Shown here: positions 1-10,297 of the stretch, one piece after another | How the letters are laid out: each line of letters starts with the position of its first letter | Numbering within the stretch: position 1 is the stretch's first letter | Assembly: GCA_034520945.1 (NCBI GenBank) | Contig: JAXHNB010000006.1 | Coordinates: forward strand, 640,001 to 704,000 | Reading direction: 5' to 3' | DNA length: 64,000 nt | DNA from: Trueperaceae bacterium | GTDB taxonomy: Bacteria > Deinococcota > Deinococci > Deinococcales > Trueperaceae | The notes under the pieces: generated by a model | Seen by the model: the letters and a program-made list of their open reading frames with translations, nothing else | Told to the model about the DNA's origin: nothing | The model's database searches: none | Made by a program: the position numbers and the translations under genes

Positions 1-90
1 CGCCGATACCGGAGGGGGCGCGGCCGCTCCACCGGCAACCCCGTCGGATCCCGCACGCGACGGCTCGATGACCCACCGGCCGTAACCGCA

Positions 91-122
91 GGCGCCCCAC
101 CCTCTTCGCCGGGTGGGGCGCC
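91..122 (-). terminator. GC-rich hairpin downstream of the alcohol dehydrogenase gene
   Basis: GGCGCCCCACCC...GGGTGGGGCGCC 12-bp stem about 60 nt after the stop. Confidence 0.6.
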
Positions 123-180
123 GACTTCCTGCTTCTACTGATCCACCTCCATCCTTCCTCTGCGACGCAGTCGCCGGAGG

Positions 181-1239
181 CTACCGGGAGATGGCCACCT
201 TCATGGACTTCGTCTCGGCGGCTCGACCGAAGACGTCGTACGCCTCCATCATGTCGTCCAGCTTGAACCGATGGGTCACGAACTGCTCCGGCTCGATCTT
301 GCCCTGGCTGACCAACTTGAGGAGCATGGGCGTCGTGGTCGCGCTGACCAGGCCCGTGGTGATGCTGATGTCCTTGATCCAGAGGTCCTGCAGCTTGAGC
401 TCGACCGACGCGCCGTGCACCCCCACGTTCGCCACCGAGGCGCCCGGCCGGATCAGCGATGTGCACATGTCGAAGGTCTTGGGGATGCCCACGGCTTCGA
501 CCGCCACATCGACGCCCAGCCCGCCTTCGGTCATCGCCATGACCCGATCGCGCCAGTCGTCCTCTCCGCTGTTGACGGTGTCGGTAGCTCCGAACTTCCG
601 CGCCATTTCGAGACGGTTGTCGTCCAGGTCGATGGCGACGACCCTGGAGGCCCCTTGGAGCCCGGCCGTCATGATCACGGAGAGCCCGACCGGTCCCGCG
701 CCGACGACGGCCACCACGTCGCCCGGCTCCACGTCGCCGTTGCGGATGCCGATCTCGAAGCCGGTCGGCAGGATGTCGGAGAGCATGATGGCGGCTTCGT
801 CGCTTACGTCGGCCGGCAGCTTGTGCAGCGAGTTGTCGGCGAACGGGATCCGGACGTACTCCGCCTGGGTCCCGTCAATGAGGTGGCCGAGGATCCACCC
901 GATGCCTGAGGCACCTTCCTCGTCCAGGCAGTGGGAGGGGAGCTGTTGATGGCAGTAGGCGCACGATCCGCACGCGGTGATGCACGAGATGATTACGCGG
1001 TCGCCGACCGCCAGGCCCTTCACCGCCGATCCCACCTCGGTGATCGTGCCCACGCCTTCGTGGCCGAGAACCCGACCGTCCGTGACCGCCGGCACGTCTC
1101 CCTTCAGGATGTGGAGGTCCGTACCGCAGATGGTGGTGGTGTCGATCTGGACGATGGCGTCGGTGGGCTTCCGCAGCTCCGGGTCCGGCACATCTTCCCA
1201 TGACTTCTGGCCAGGCCCGTGATAGACAAGCGCTTTCAT
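181..1239 (-). CDS. Zinc-dependent alcohol dehydrogenase (MDR family)
   Basis: MKALVYHGPG start, TTICGTDLH, GHEGVG, CGSCAYC structural Zn motif, GAGPVG NAD-binding motif; GAGAGG RBS. Confidence 0.93.
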   Translation of the reverse strand: MKALVYHGPGQKSWEDVPDPELRKPTDAIVQIDTTTICGTDLHILKGDVPAVTDGRVLGHEGVGTITEVGSAVKGLAVGDRVIISCITACGSCAYCHQQLPSHCLDEEGASGIGWILGHLIDGTQAEYVRIPFADNSLHKLPADVSDEAAIMLSDILPTGFEIGIRNGDVEPGDVVAVVGAGPVGLSVIMTAGLQGASRVVAIDLDDNRLEMARKFGATDTVNSGEDDWRDRVMAMTEGGLGVDVAVEAVGIPKTFDMCTSLIRPGASVANVGVHGASVELKLQDLWIKDISITTGLVSATTTPMLLKLVSQGKIEPEQFVTHRFKLDDMMEAYDVFGRAAETKSMKVAISR

Positions 1240-1449
1240 GAAGATCCTCTCTGTGCAGGGCTCATCGGAGGTGGGGCGCTGCCACCGGACTCGCCTCGGG
1301 AGCGCGGCCCTGACAGAGCGCCTCGCGAGGAACGCTTCTTCTTCCCCAGCATCAGAATGCCGCGCGGTCGCAAGTTGTGTCAAGTAGTGCGCATTGACTC
1401 AAATAGAATCGTACCGAAGGGGTCTTGGATGACTCATAAGTAATTCCGA

Positions 1450-1600
1450 CCGTGGAGCTTCGACGTGGTGCTCACCGTCTGCGACGACGCGAACGCGGCC
1501 TGTCCCGCCTACTCGGCCTAGACCGCGCGGCTGCACGCGTCGTTCCCCGACCCAAGCGGGAGGGTCTCGCCACCTGGTGCGAGGCGCGCGACGCTCACTG
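1450..1600 (+). pseudogene. arsC: C-terminal remnant of an LMW-PTP-type arsenate reductase
   Basis: PWSFDVVLTVCDDANAACPAYSA*TARLHASFPDPSG then frameshift to EGLATWCEARDA; no N-terminus, in-frame TAG at 1519. Confidence 0.75.
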
Positions 1601-2038
1601 CGAGCCGGGCCGCCCGATCCCCAGCTTCCGGTGCAACGCCAACATGCAGGCGTCCTGAACCACGTCGATCCCGGCCTCGGCCAGCTCGCGAGCCACCTCG
1701 TCGTGTCGAATGCCCTGCTGCAGCCACACCACCTTCGGGCGTGGTCGCATGGCCAGGATCTCGCTCAGGTGCGCGGGCAGGTGCTCGGCGCGCCGGAACA
1801 CGTCGACGACGTCGATCTGCTCGTCGAGGTCGGTGAGCGCGGCGCGCGGCGTCTCGCCGAACAGCACGCGGTCGGTGTAGACGGGATTGATCGGCAGGAT
1901 CCGGTAGCCGTGCTCGTGCAGGTACAGAGGCACGTAGTGGGCCGCCTTGCGGGGCTCGGGATGGGCGCCCAGCACGGCCACCGTGCGGGCGGTCTGGAGC
2001 ACGTTCCGGAGCGCTTCGTCGCTGGTGAGTACGGGCAT
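1595..2038 (-). CDS. CoA-binding protein (YccU-like)
   Basis: TVAVLGAH, YRILPINP, IDVVDVFRR, VVWLQQGI, VVQDACM. Confidence 0.9.
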   Translation of the reverse strand: MPVLTSDEALRNVLQTARTVAVLGAHPEPRKAAHYVPLYLHEHGYRILPINPVYTDRVLFGETPRAALTDLDEQIDVVDVFRRAEHLPAHLSEILAMRPRPKVVWLQQGIRHDEVARELAEAGIDVVQDACMLALHRKLGIGRPGSQ

Positions 2039-2064
2039 CGCGATACCTTCCTATCGCCGAAGGA

Positions 2065-2450
2065 TGTCAATTCTCATCAGCATGACTCACCTTTTCTCGC
2101 GAGCTTGACGCACCCCTTGGGTGATGGGGTTTTCCCATTTGCTTGACGCATGACGTAGGGGTGATGCGGTTTTCTCGTGAGCTTGGCTTCAGGTGCTTGC
2201 ATCTTCTGTCATCGTGCCTTCAGTTCCTGTCTGGAGGTGCCTGGTGGCGTATCGAGAGGTGAGCATGTGGGACGTGAAAACGGTGTTGGAGCGGTTGGGG
2301 CGCGGCGAGTCGCGCAGCGCGATTCAGCGTGCGACCGGCCATTCGCGGAGAACGGTCGCGCGGATCGAGGAGCGCGCCCGGGCGGAGGGATGGACGCCGT
2401 CGCCGGATTCGCCCGTGGAGGAGGGGTTGGCGGGCCGTGAGCTCACGAGG
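2065..2450 (+). mobile_element. IS21-family left end plus truncated istA 5' fragment
   Basis: Starts TGTCAA, followed by repeats TTTTCTCGCGAGCTTGACGCA / TTTTCCCATTTGCTTGACGCA / TTTTCTCGTGAGCTTGGCTTC; GTG at 2244 gives AYREVSMWDVKTVLERLGRGESRSAIQRATGHSRRTVAR (IstA-like HTH), cut after about 70 aa. Confidence 0.75.
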
Positions 2451-2461
2451 CGCATCTCTCT

Positions 2462-2752
2462 CTACATGTGCCTGTGGGGGTCCATCCGGTCATGAAGGAC
2501 GCGGACGATCTGAACTGCAGAGGGTGTGATCCGGTAGTAGATCGCATGGCGGTCGACGAAAAAAACGCGATACCCGTCGCGCACGCCGTCCCGTCTCACG
2601 CCCATCTCGGGCTGGAGCACGAGCTGCTGGATGGCAAGCCCGATCACATCGAGGTACGCATCCGCCTGGTCTTCGTTCCACCGCTCGGCGGTGTAGTGCC
2701 AGATGTCGATGAGATCCCGTTCGGCACGTCTCCGCAGGCGTGCGGTTCGCAT
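2462..2752 (-). CDS. parE: ParE/RelE family toxin
   Basis: AERDLIDIWHYTAERWNEDQADAY...HAIYYRI...IVRVLHDRMD. Confidence 0.9.
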   Translation of the reverse strand: MRTARLRRRAERDLIDIWHYTAERWNEDQADAYLDVIGLAIQQLVLQPEMGVRRDGVRDGYRVFFVDRHAIYYRITPSAVQIVRVLHDRMDPHRHM

Positions 2753-3003
2753 CAGGTGCTCGGTGTGGCTCTCGACCGTGCCTTCTTCTTGATGGATTCC
2801 ATGTTCACCTCACCGACGTCGCCGCTCTGCTCACCCTCGATGAGGGCCTGCCGTAGCGCTTCGACCCTGTTCTCGTGTTCCTCGAGCAGGCGGAGGCTGG
2901 CACGGACGACCTCACTGGCCGATCCGTACCGGCCGCGCTCGACCTGCCGGCCGATGAACTCGTCGAAGTGGTCTCCCAAGGTGACACTGGTGTTTTTCGC
3001 CAT
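2752..3003 (-). CDS. parD: ParD family RHH antitoxin
   Basis: [17 protein letters not shown]...[21 protein letters not shown]; stop overlaps the parE start. Confidence 0.9.
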   Translation of the reverse strand: MAKNTSVTLGDHFDEFIGRQVERGRYGSASEVVRASLRLLEEHENRVEALRQALIEGEQSGDVGEVNMESIKKKARSRATPST

Positions 3004-3559
3004 TCGCGAACCCCCTACGTGTACCAGCATATACCACGATTCGGTAGCGTAGCCCGATCGAGGGTCAAGCTCAAATCCGGTATCACCGCCGGTCGTAGCG
3101 TGGACGGAACCGCGGGTCGGCAGGCCATTGCAAGAGGACGAACACCCGTCGAACGCGCATCGGGCCTGATGCGTTGGTGCGCGTCAGTCTGGGCTGTGGG
3201 GGGAAAGGCCCGCTTCGTGGCGGGCGCCAGTCGGGGTTTTCGAGCGCAGTACGACCTTCGGTCCGCGCTGGTGCGTCGATAGGTACGACGCGTCGGGCTG
3301 CTCTTGCTCGCGTGGCAGGTGCGCCCGCCTCGCAGGGGGTGCCACAAGAGCTCGTCGCCTCACTCGCCAAGGGCGTGCACGCTCCTCCGTCGAACAACGC
3401 CGCCTGCGGTTCCGCCCCAAGTTGGCCTCGCGCTCGGAAGATCGCCGCCTTGCTCGGAAGCTGGTACGACGCCCGTCACGAAGACGCCGGCGACGGTTCC
3501 TTGAGTGACGGCTTTCCGACTCCGCAGCCTGACGACTCGCGTTCGCGGTCTCGCCTCGA

Positions 3560-4363
3560 TCACGGCACCAACAGCTCGAGCCCACCTCCGTCGATGGAAA
3601 ACCGCCACGCCACGCCCGGCCCGGTGGGGGCGTCCACGTCGCCCGCCTCGCCGGGCCGGTCGGTGACGAACCGCAGCGCCGTCCCGTCCTGGCGCCACAC
3701 CAGCGCGCGCACGTGCGGCAGGTACGGCCGGCCGCCGGGCTGCGCCACGTCGCCGCGGGCGCGACGCCAGGCCTGCAGCAGGTTCTCGCCGTCCAGGTGC
3801 GCCACCGTCCGGCCGGTCTCCGTGTCGTCGATGGCGAGCATCTCGCCCGAAGCGCGGGCCGTCCCCAGGGCGTACGCCAGGTAGCGGCCGGACGGGGACC
3901 AGGTCGGGTCTTCGAGGTCGCCGAACTTGGCGTCGTGGACCATGGTCACGGCCCCCGAGGCGGGGTCCAGCGTCCCGACCAGCGACACGGTGGTGAGCAC
4001 GGCGTAGCTGGTGACCGAGAACGCGACCCGCGCGCCGCCCGGGTGAACGGCGACCGCCCCGAAGCGGTCGAAGTCGGCGGCCTTCAGCGTTCGGCCCGCC
4101 AGCTCGGGCGCTTCGTCCAAGATCTCGTCGAACCGGGGGGCGGCCCACGTCCGCCAGTCGGCGACGGTCCAGCGAACCGTGTCCGCGTCGGGACCCGTCG
4201 TCACCAGGGTGCGTCCCTCGTCCGCCAAGCGGGCGGTCTCGATCCGGGGCGAGGCGTTCCCACCGGCGGCCGAGGCGACGGCGGACAGGAAGGCGAGCGC
4301 CGCGATCGCGAGCGTCAGGCGGATCGTGGTGCGACGGACGCCAAACCTAAGGGAGCGATGCAT
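3560..4363 (-). CDS. Exported hypothetical protein with TolB/PD40-like repeats
   Basis: Signal-peptide-like N-terminus; HPGGARVAF, PTWSPSGRYLAY, WRQDGTALRF. Confidence 0.65.
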   Translation of the reverse strand: MHRSLRFGVRRTTIRLTLAIAALAFLSAVASAAGGNASPRIETARLADEGRTLVTTGPDADTVRWTVADWRTWAAPRFDEILDEAPELAGRTLKAADFDRFGAVAVHPGGARVAFSVTSYAVLTTVSLVGTLDPASGAVTMVHDAKFGDLEDPTWSPSGRYLAYALGTARASGEMLAIDDTETGRTVAHLDGENLLQAWRRARGDVAQPGGRPYLPHVRALVWRQDGTALRFVTDRPGEAGDVDAPTGPGVAWRFSIDGGGLELLVP

Positions 4364-4597
4364 GGGCTCATCATGACCCAGCAGGCGTGGCGAGGTTCCG
4401 TGCGGGCGTCAGGGCGGGGCTTGCGTGCAGGGCGGCGGTGCTCGTACCATCGAAACGTGGCGGCGCCGTGCCGAAACTCGGCGTCGAATCGCGTCCGCGG
4501 CGCGAAGCCGAGGGTTCACGGTCGACCGCCCCGAGGTGCCGGGAACGACCCCGCGGGCCGGTTCGGGCCCATGAAGCAGGACCGAAAGGTAGGGAAT

Positions 4598-4840
4598 ATG
4601 AACATTCTGTTGTGGATCGTGTTCGGAGCCGTGGCAGGTTGGTTGGCGAGCCTCGTGATGAAGAGCAGCCAGGGGCTCCTGATGGACATCGTGGTCGGGA
4701 TCGTCGGGGCGATGCTCGGCGGGTGGTTGTTCGGCCAATTCGGCGCTGCCGGCGTGACGGGTTTCAACCTGCCAAGCCTGCTGGTCGCGGTCGTCGGCGC
4801 GATCGTCCTGTTGGCGTTATTGCGCCTGGTTCGTCGCTGA
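4598..4840 (+). CDS. GlsB/YeaQ/YmgE (transglycosylase-associated) membrane protein
   Basis: MNILLWIVFGAVAGWLAS...DIVVGIVGAMLGGWLF...SLLVAVVGAIVLL. Confidence 0.92.
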   Translation: MNILLWIVFGAVAGWLASLVMKSSQGLLMDIVVGIVGAMLGGWLFGQFGAAGVTGFNLPSLLVAVVGAIVLLALLRLVRR

Positions 4841-4850
4841 CGCACGTGGC

Positions 4851-6425
4851 CTAGTTCGGTCGTCGGTTTTGATTCGCGTCTGGCCCTCGGTCGCCCCCGT
4901 TTTCGGGCGGCCGAGGGCCAGACGTTTCGGTCGGCCGTCCCCGGGTCTCCTCGGGACGCAAATCGGGCATGGCCAAGCAGATCGCCAGGGTGATCACAGC
5001 GAACACCAGCATCACCAGGAAGGCGCGGTCCAGGCCCTGCGCCAGGCCGGTCGAGACGCGTTCCAACAGGGCGGGATCGGCCGCGGCCCGCTCGGTGAGC
5101 AGGCGGGTGACGTCGTCCAGCGACACCTGACCCGCCAGGCCTTCGCGGCGTAGGAACGACGTGAGCGAGGCGTTGACCACGCCCCCCAGCAGGGCGGCGC
5201 CGAGGGCGTTGCCGAGGATCCGCATCAGGGCGTTGGTGGCGGTGGCGGCACCGCGGCGGTGCCACGACACGCGCGTCTGCACCGACACCAGGAAGGTCGT
5301 GATCAACAGGCCCATGCCGACGCCAATGATTGCGGAGGCGGCGGCCGCGAACCACGCCTCGCGTACACGGTCCAGAAGCGCGAATCCGGTCGCGCCCAAC
5401 ACCAAGGCGATGCCGCCCGCCCGCACCGTGGTGCGCACGCCGACGCGGACCATCAGCCGACCGGCCACCACGGCGGCCAGCGGCCAGCCCATCGACATGG
5501 TGGTCAGCGTGAAGCCCGCGACCAGGGCGGAGGTGCCCAGCACGCCCTGCGCGTAGGTGGGGAGATAGCTGATCACGGCGATCATCACGATGCCGGCCCC
5601 CAGCGTCCCGAGGTTGGCGGTCGTCACCAGACGGTCGCGCCACAGGTCGGGTGGCATCATCGCGTCGGGCGCGCGGGTCTCGTGCCACGCGAAGAACGAC
5701 AGCGACGTGGTACTGAGCGCCAGCAGCGCCAGGCTGAGCCAGGCGGGAAAGGTGCCGAACTGCGTCAGCACCGTGATCAGGGCGGCGATGCCGACGAAGA
5801 AGGTGACGGCGCCGGCGTGGTCGATGCGGCGTTCGGTGCGGCGCACGTCCTCGTGCAGGTAGGTCGCCACCAGGCCGAGGGCGAGGAGGCCGAAGGGGAC
5901 GTTGGCCCAGAAGATCCACGCCCAGTGCGCGTGTTCGACGATCAGCCCGCCGGCCAACGGCCCCAGGATGGCGGAGAAGCCCCACACGCTGGCGAGCCAG
6001 CCCTGAACCCGGGCGCGTTCCCGGAACGCGAACAGGTCGCCCGCCAGCGTGTTGGTGACGGGTTGCACCGCGCCGGCGCCCGCGCCCTGCACGAAGCGGA
6101 AGGCGATCAGCCACGGCATCGAGGTCGCGAAGCCGCACGCGACCGAGCCGGCCAGGAATACGGCGACGCCGAGGGTGAACACCGACTTGCGTCCGAACAG
6201 GTCGGCCAGCTTGCCGAACATGGGCGTGGTGGCGGCCTGCATCAGCAGGTAGGAGGCGAACACCCAGCCGTACAGCGCGAAGCCGCCCAGCGAACCGGCG
6301 ATGCTGGGCATGGCGGTCGCCACGATGGTGCCCTCGATGGCCGCCATGAACATGGCCAGCACCAAAGCGGCCAGGACGGGGCCGCGGCGCGTGCGTCGTG
6401 CGGGGGAGGGAGAGGGATCGGGCAC
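4851..6425 (-). CDS. MFS drug:H+ antiporter (DHA2, 14-TM)
   Basis: AAIEGTIVATAMPSI, GKLADLFGRK motif A, FRFVQGAG. Confidence 0.92.
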   Translation of the reverse strand: MPDPSPSPARRTRRGPVLAALVLAMFMAAIEGTIVATAMPSIAGSLGGFALYGWVFASYLLMQAATTPMFGKLADLFGRKSVFTLGVAVFLAGSVACGFATSMPWLIAFRFVQGAGAGAVQPVTNTLAGDLFAFRERARVQGWLASVWGFSAILGPLAGGLIVEHAHWAWIFWANVPFGLLALGLVATYLHEDVRRTERRIDHAGAVTFFVGIAALITVLTQFGTFPAWLSLALLALSTTSLSFFAWHETRAPDAMMPPDLWRDRLVTTANLGTLGAGIVMIAVISYLPTYAQGVLGTSALVAGFTLTTMSMGWPLAAVVAGRLMVRVGVRTTVRAGGIALVLGATGFALLDRVREAWFAAAASAIIGVGMGLLITTFLVSVQTRVSWHRRGAATATNALMRILGNALGAALLGGVVNASLTSFLRREGLAGQVSLDDVTRLLTERAAADPALLERVSTGLAQGLDRAFLVMLVFAVITLAICLAMPDLRPEETRGRPTETSGPRPPENGGDRGPDANQNRRPN

Positions 6426-6742
6426 GGGCTCCTCGTAGCCGTGGCTGCGCGGAACCGCGCGGCGCTGGCGACGGTCGAGGGTATCACCGGCCGGAGGTGC
6501 TTGCGGGAGCGGTCGGGCGTGCGCCAGCGCAGAGACCTCCGGGGCTCGAGCGAGGCGTGCCGTTTCGTTCGGCGTGCACCGCGCGGGTGAGCGCGGGCAC
6601 GCTGTTAGGAAACCTGATATGGGTATACTAAAGTCATGAGGCTGACGTCGACATACGAGTCGAAGATCGCCCGTGCGCGCGATGGCCGTGACCGAGGTCC
6701 ATCCGCCGTCGCCGCGCTTGGGCTCGGGATCAGGAGGCGTAC

Positions 6743-7189
6743 ATGACCGCTGGAGCCGACGTCGCGCGCTGCCCCAAGTGCGGTGCCAAGAACCGCCTGA
6801 CGAACGCGCCGAGCGGTCAGGTGCCGGCGTGCGGGCGCTGCGGCGCCTCGTTGCCGTGGTTGCAGACGGCCGGCGACGCCGATTTCGCGTCGCACCTGAA
6901 CGCGCCCGTTCCGGTCCTGGTCGACTTCTGGGCGGCGTGGTGCGGGCCGTGCCGCATGGTCGATCCCGTCGTGCGCACGCTGGCTGCGGAGCACGCCGGC
7001 CGCGTGAAGGTCCTCAAGCTCGACATCGACGAAAACCCCGGCACGGCGCGGAAGTACCGGGTGAAGAGCATCCCCACCCTGATCGTGTTCCAAGACGGTC
7101 AGCCGGTGGACACCATCGTCGGGGCCATGCCCAAGCGGGAGTTGGCGGCGCGGCTGTCGCCGCACCTTCTCGCGGCGCCGCGGGCGTGA
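6743..7189 (+). CDS. trxC: Thioredoxin 2 with N-terminal zinc ribbon
   Basis: CPKCGAKNR...CGRCG plus [22 protein letters not shown]. Confidence 0.9.
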   Translation: MTAGADVARCPKCGAKNRLTNAPSGQVPACGRCGASLPWLQTAGDADFASHLNAPVPVLVDFWAAWCGPCRMVDPVVRTLAAEHAGRVKVLKLDIDENPGTARKYRVKSIPTLIVFQDGQPVDTIVGAMPKRELAARLSPHLLAAPRA

Positions 7190-7334
7190 ACGTTGCGCCG
7201 CCCGCGGGCGGCGTGCTAGAGTTCCGCAGCTAGCGCACCCTCGGTCGCGGCCGTGGCTGCGACCGTGCCTGGCGCCCCCAAGTTCGTCGATTCCGCGTGG
7301 CCCGCGCCGCGAGAGGGACCCCCCGAGGAGAAAC

Positions 7335-7613
7335 ATGGCCCGTACCCCAGCTACCCTGAAGTACCGCCGTCAGTCCGAGAAGCGTCGGTTGCGCAACCGG
7401 TCGGCCAAGTCGATGATCCGCACCTTCAGCAAGAAGGCCATCTCGGCCGCCGACAAGGGCGACTACGACGCCGCCGAGAAGTACCAGCAGGTCGTGCAGA
7501 GCCTGGTCGACAAGGCCGCCAAGGGCTCCACGTTGCACAAGAACACCGCGGCCCGCAGGAAGGAGCGCCTGGCGGCGCGCCTCCGCAAGGCGCGCGAAGG
7601 CGCTCAGGCCTGA
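7335..7613 (+). CDS. rpsT: 30S ribosomal protein S20
   Basis: [24 protein letters not shown]...[18 protein letters not shown]. Confidence 0.97.
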   Translation: MARTPATLKYRRQSEKRRLRNRSAKSMIRTFSKKAISAADKGDYDAAEKYQQVVQSLVDKAAKGSTLHKNTAARRKERLAARLRKAREGAQA

Positions 7614-7698
7614 CCCTGCCGGCGCCCCGTCCCTCACGCTGCCATGTTCCGCCCCCGACGAGCCCGCCGGGGGCGGTGACGTCGGCGCCCGCCAGGCG

Positions 7699-8463
7699 AT
7701 GAGCACGCCCGGTCCCGGTCGCCCCCCGCGCGTCGTACTCGTGCGGCCCAAGCTCGACGACAACGTCGGTGCCGCCGCACGCGCGATGAAGAACTTCGGT
7801 CTGAGCGAGCTGGTCCTGGTCGCGCCCCGCTGCGGCGTAGGGCGGCAGGCGTACGCGCTGGCCTCGCACGCCGGCGACGTGCTGGACGCCGCGCGGACGA
7901 CCGCCACGCTGGGCGAGGCGCTGGGCGACGTCCGTTGGGCGATCGGCACCTCCGCCCGCGTCCGCGCCGACGGCGCGCCCGAGCCCGCGGGGCCCGACGA
8001 AGGCCTCGCCACCCTCCCGGCCGGCGGCGGCGCGTTGGTGTTCGGCCCCGAGGACCACGGCCTGGCCAACGAGGATCTCGACCAGTGCCAGGCGGTCGTC
8101 CGCATCCCGACCGCCGCGTACGCCTCGATCAACCTGGCGCAGGCCGTGAACCTTCTGGCGTACCGCTGGTTCGCGCTGCATGGCGCGGACACCGTGCCAC
8201 AAGGCGACCCGGAGCCGGCCGCCCGCGATCAGGTCGAGCGCATGTACGCCCAGCTGGTGTCCCTGTGGCACCTGATCGGCTACACCGACGCCGCGCGCGA
8301 ACGCGCCACCCTCCGCCTGTTCCGCAACATTTTCGACCGGGCCGCCCTGCGGCCCCGCGAGGTCGCCGCCCTCCGCGGCCTGTGGTCGCAGGCCGCCTGG
8401 GCGGCCGAACGCGACCCGGGGCGCCTACCGGGCCGAAACGCCGCCGGCAATGATACGCGTTGA
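7699..8463 (+). CDS. trmJ: tRNA/rRNA methyltransferase, TrmJ/LasT SPOUT family
   Basis: VVLVRP..NVGAAARAMKNFGL, LVFGPEDHGLANED, YASINLAQAV. Confidence 0.9.
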   Translation: MSTPGPGRPPRVVLVRPKLDDNVGAAARAMKNFGLSELVLVAPRCGVGRQAYALASHAGDVLDAARTTATLGEALGDVRWAIGTSARVRADGAPEPAGPDEGLATLPAGGGALVFGPEDHGLANEDLDQCQAVVRIPTAAYASINLAQAVNLLAYRWFALHGADTVPQGDPEPAARDQVERMYAQLVSLWHLIGYTDAARERATLRLFRNIFDRAALRPREVAALRGLWSQAAWAAERDPGRLPGRNAAGNDTR

Positions 8464-8488
8464 CACCGTCCTGGAGCGCCGGTATACT
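8460..8488 (+). promoter_or_regulatory. Consensus sigmaA promoter of the tRNA cluster
   Basis: TTGACA-17 bp-TATACT ending 14 nt before the first tRNA. Confidence 0.9.
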
Positions 8489-8502
8489 TCTCTGCGCTGA
8501 CC

Positions 8503-8591
8503 GGAGGGTTGGCTGAGCGGTCGAAAGCGGCGGTCTTGAAAACCGTTGTGGGCATTCCCCACCGGGGGTTCGAATCCCTCACCCTCCGCCA
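8503..8591 (+). tRNA. tRNA-Ser(TGA)
   Basis: GGAGGGT/ACCCTCC acceptor stem, anticodon loop CTTGAAA, long variable arm, GGTTCGAATCC, CCA. Confidence 0.97.
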
Positions 8592-8635
8592 CCCGCTTCC
8601 CTCCGTAGGGGGTTCCGGTCGGCGACAGGCGGTCT

Positions 8636-8728
8636 GGAGAGGTGGCCGAGCGGCTGAAGGCGCTCCCCTGCTAAGGGAGTATAGGGGCAAAACCTCTATC
8701 GAGGGTTCGAATCCCTCCCTCTCCGCCA
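8636..8728 (+). tRNA. tRNA-Ser(GCT)
   Basis: GGAGAGG/CCTCTCC stem, loop CTGCTAA, long variable arm, CCA. Confidence 0.97.
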
Positions 8729-8759
8729 CGATAGGTCCGGTACGATGCCGGCAGCGCGT

Positions 8760-8836
<77 letters not shown>

Positions 8837-8868
8837 GCAGAAAGGCCGTCCCACACGGTAGCTGCGTT

Positions 8869-8898
8869 GAACCGTCCCCGCCCGAGCGGGGGCGGTTC
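8869..8898 (+). terminator. Hairpin after the tRNA cluster
   Basis: GAACCGTCCCCGC...GCGGGGGCGGTTC. Confidence 0.6.
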
Positions 8899-9083
8899 GC
8901 ATGCCGTGTCCGGCCGACGAACGCAAGGAACACCAGGTCCCGGTCGAAGCTCCGCCAGACGGGCGTGACCCAACGCCCGGTTCGCACCAGCGCTCGTCGC
9001 GCGGAATGGGGCCCTTCGCGGTACGCTCGTCGCTGCGAGGCGTTCGCGCGTTGAGAAGGCATCGCTCGCAGGCAGGAGCGCCC

Positions 9084-10241
9084 GTGCCAGAGAGGCCCAC
9101 CCTCCGCGTCGGCATGGCCGGTTTGCTGGCCCTCGCCGCGACCTACGGCCTGGGACGGCAGGCCTACGGCCTGTTCGTGCCGTCGTTCCGCGCCGAGTTC
9201 ACGCTCGGTCTGGACGCCGTCGGCTACTTGGCGGGCGCTGCGCAGTTCGGCTACCTGGTCGCGACCGTCGCGACCGGTGTGATCGAGGCGCGTTTCGGAC
9301 CCCGGCTGCCGGTGGTCGCCGGGTGCATCCTGCTGGCCGTCGGCGCGGTGCTGGTCGCGACGGCGGGCGCGACCGGGCCGCTGGTGGTCGGCGTGATCCT
9401 GGCGGGGACGAGCGCCGGCGGGGCGTGGGCGCCGTTCTCGGACGCCGTCGCGCAGCGGGTCCCGCGGGGGCGCCAGCGGCGGGCGTTGGCGCTGGTGAAC
9501 GCCGGGTCTCCCGCCGGGCTGCTGATCGCCAGCCTGGTCGTCGCGATCACGGGAAGTTCCTGGCGCCTCGCCTGGGCCGCGTTCGCCCTCGTCGGCCTGG
9601 TCGCGGCCGCCGTGAACGCGGCGGTGCTCCCGAACGTGCCACCGACCCGTGACACCACCGTCGAGTGGGGATGGAAGGGCCTCGTTGCCCCCTCGGCGCT
9701 CCGCTTGTTCGCGGTGGCGGCGCTGGCGTCGATGACGTCCGGCGCCTACTTCGCCTACGCGCCCGAGGCGGCGCAGGCGGCCGGGCTACCTACGTGGATC
9801 GGGGCCGCCATGTGGGGTGCCCTGGGCCTGAGCGGGGGTGCGGTCGGCGCGTTCGGGGGCGAGATCGCGGACCGCTTTTCCTTGGGCCGGCCCCTGGCCG
9901 TCACCTGGTTGGGCTTGGCCGCGGCCCTCGCCTCTCTGCTGGTGGTCATGGGGACGCCCGCGGGTGCGCTGGGATCCGCCGCGGTGTTCGGTGTGACGTT
10001 CACCACCGGCTACGCCTTCATCGCGATGTGGAGTCAGGAGGTGTTTCCGCAGCGGCCGACGACGGGTTTCACCGTGACGATCGTGTTCATCGCGGCCGGA
10101 TTCGTCGTCGGCCCGATCCTCTACGGCGTCGTCGCGACGTTCCTGGGACGTCCCTGGGCGCCGGTGGTCGCGGCCGTGCCGGCGGTGCTGGCCGCCGTGT
10201 TGTCGGTGGCGCCCCCTGCGCGGCGGCGTACCGGCACGTGA
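9084..10241 (+). CDS. MFS transporter (YbfB/YjiJ-like)
   Basis: ATYGLGRQAYGLFVPSFR, about 12 hydrophobic segments; GTG start chosen from the AGGAG RBS. Confidence 0.85.
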   Translation: MPERPTLRVGMAGLLALAATYGLGRQAYGLFVPSFRAEFTLGLDAVGYLAGAAQFGYLVATVATGVIEARFGPRLPVVAGCILLAVGAVLVATAGATGPLVVGVILAGTSAGGAWAPFSDAVAQRVPRGRQRRALALVNAGSPAGLLIASLVVAITGSSWRLAWAAFALVGLVAAAVNAAVLPNVPPTRDTTVEWGWKGLVAPSALRLFAVAALASMTSGAYFAYAPEAAQAAGLPTWIGAAMWGALGLSGGAVGAFGGEIADRFSLGRPLAVTWLGLAAALASLLVVMGTPAGALGSAAVFGVTFTTGYAFIAMWSQEVFPQRPTTGFTVTIVFIAAGFVVGPILYGVVATFLGRPWAPVVAAVPAVLAAVLSVAPPARRRTGT

Positions 10242-10297
10242 ATGAGGACCGCGTAGCGGGGCGCACGGCCGTGTTCGCGACGCGCTCGGCGGGTCGT

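Noticed and set aside
3004..3559. Gene or ncRNA in the 550-bp gap after parD
   Set aside because: No recognisable protein motif or RNA family signature
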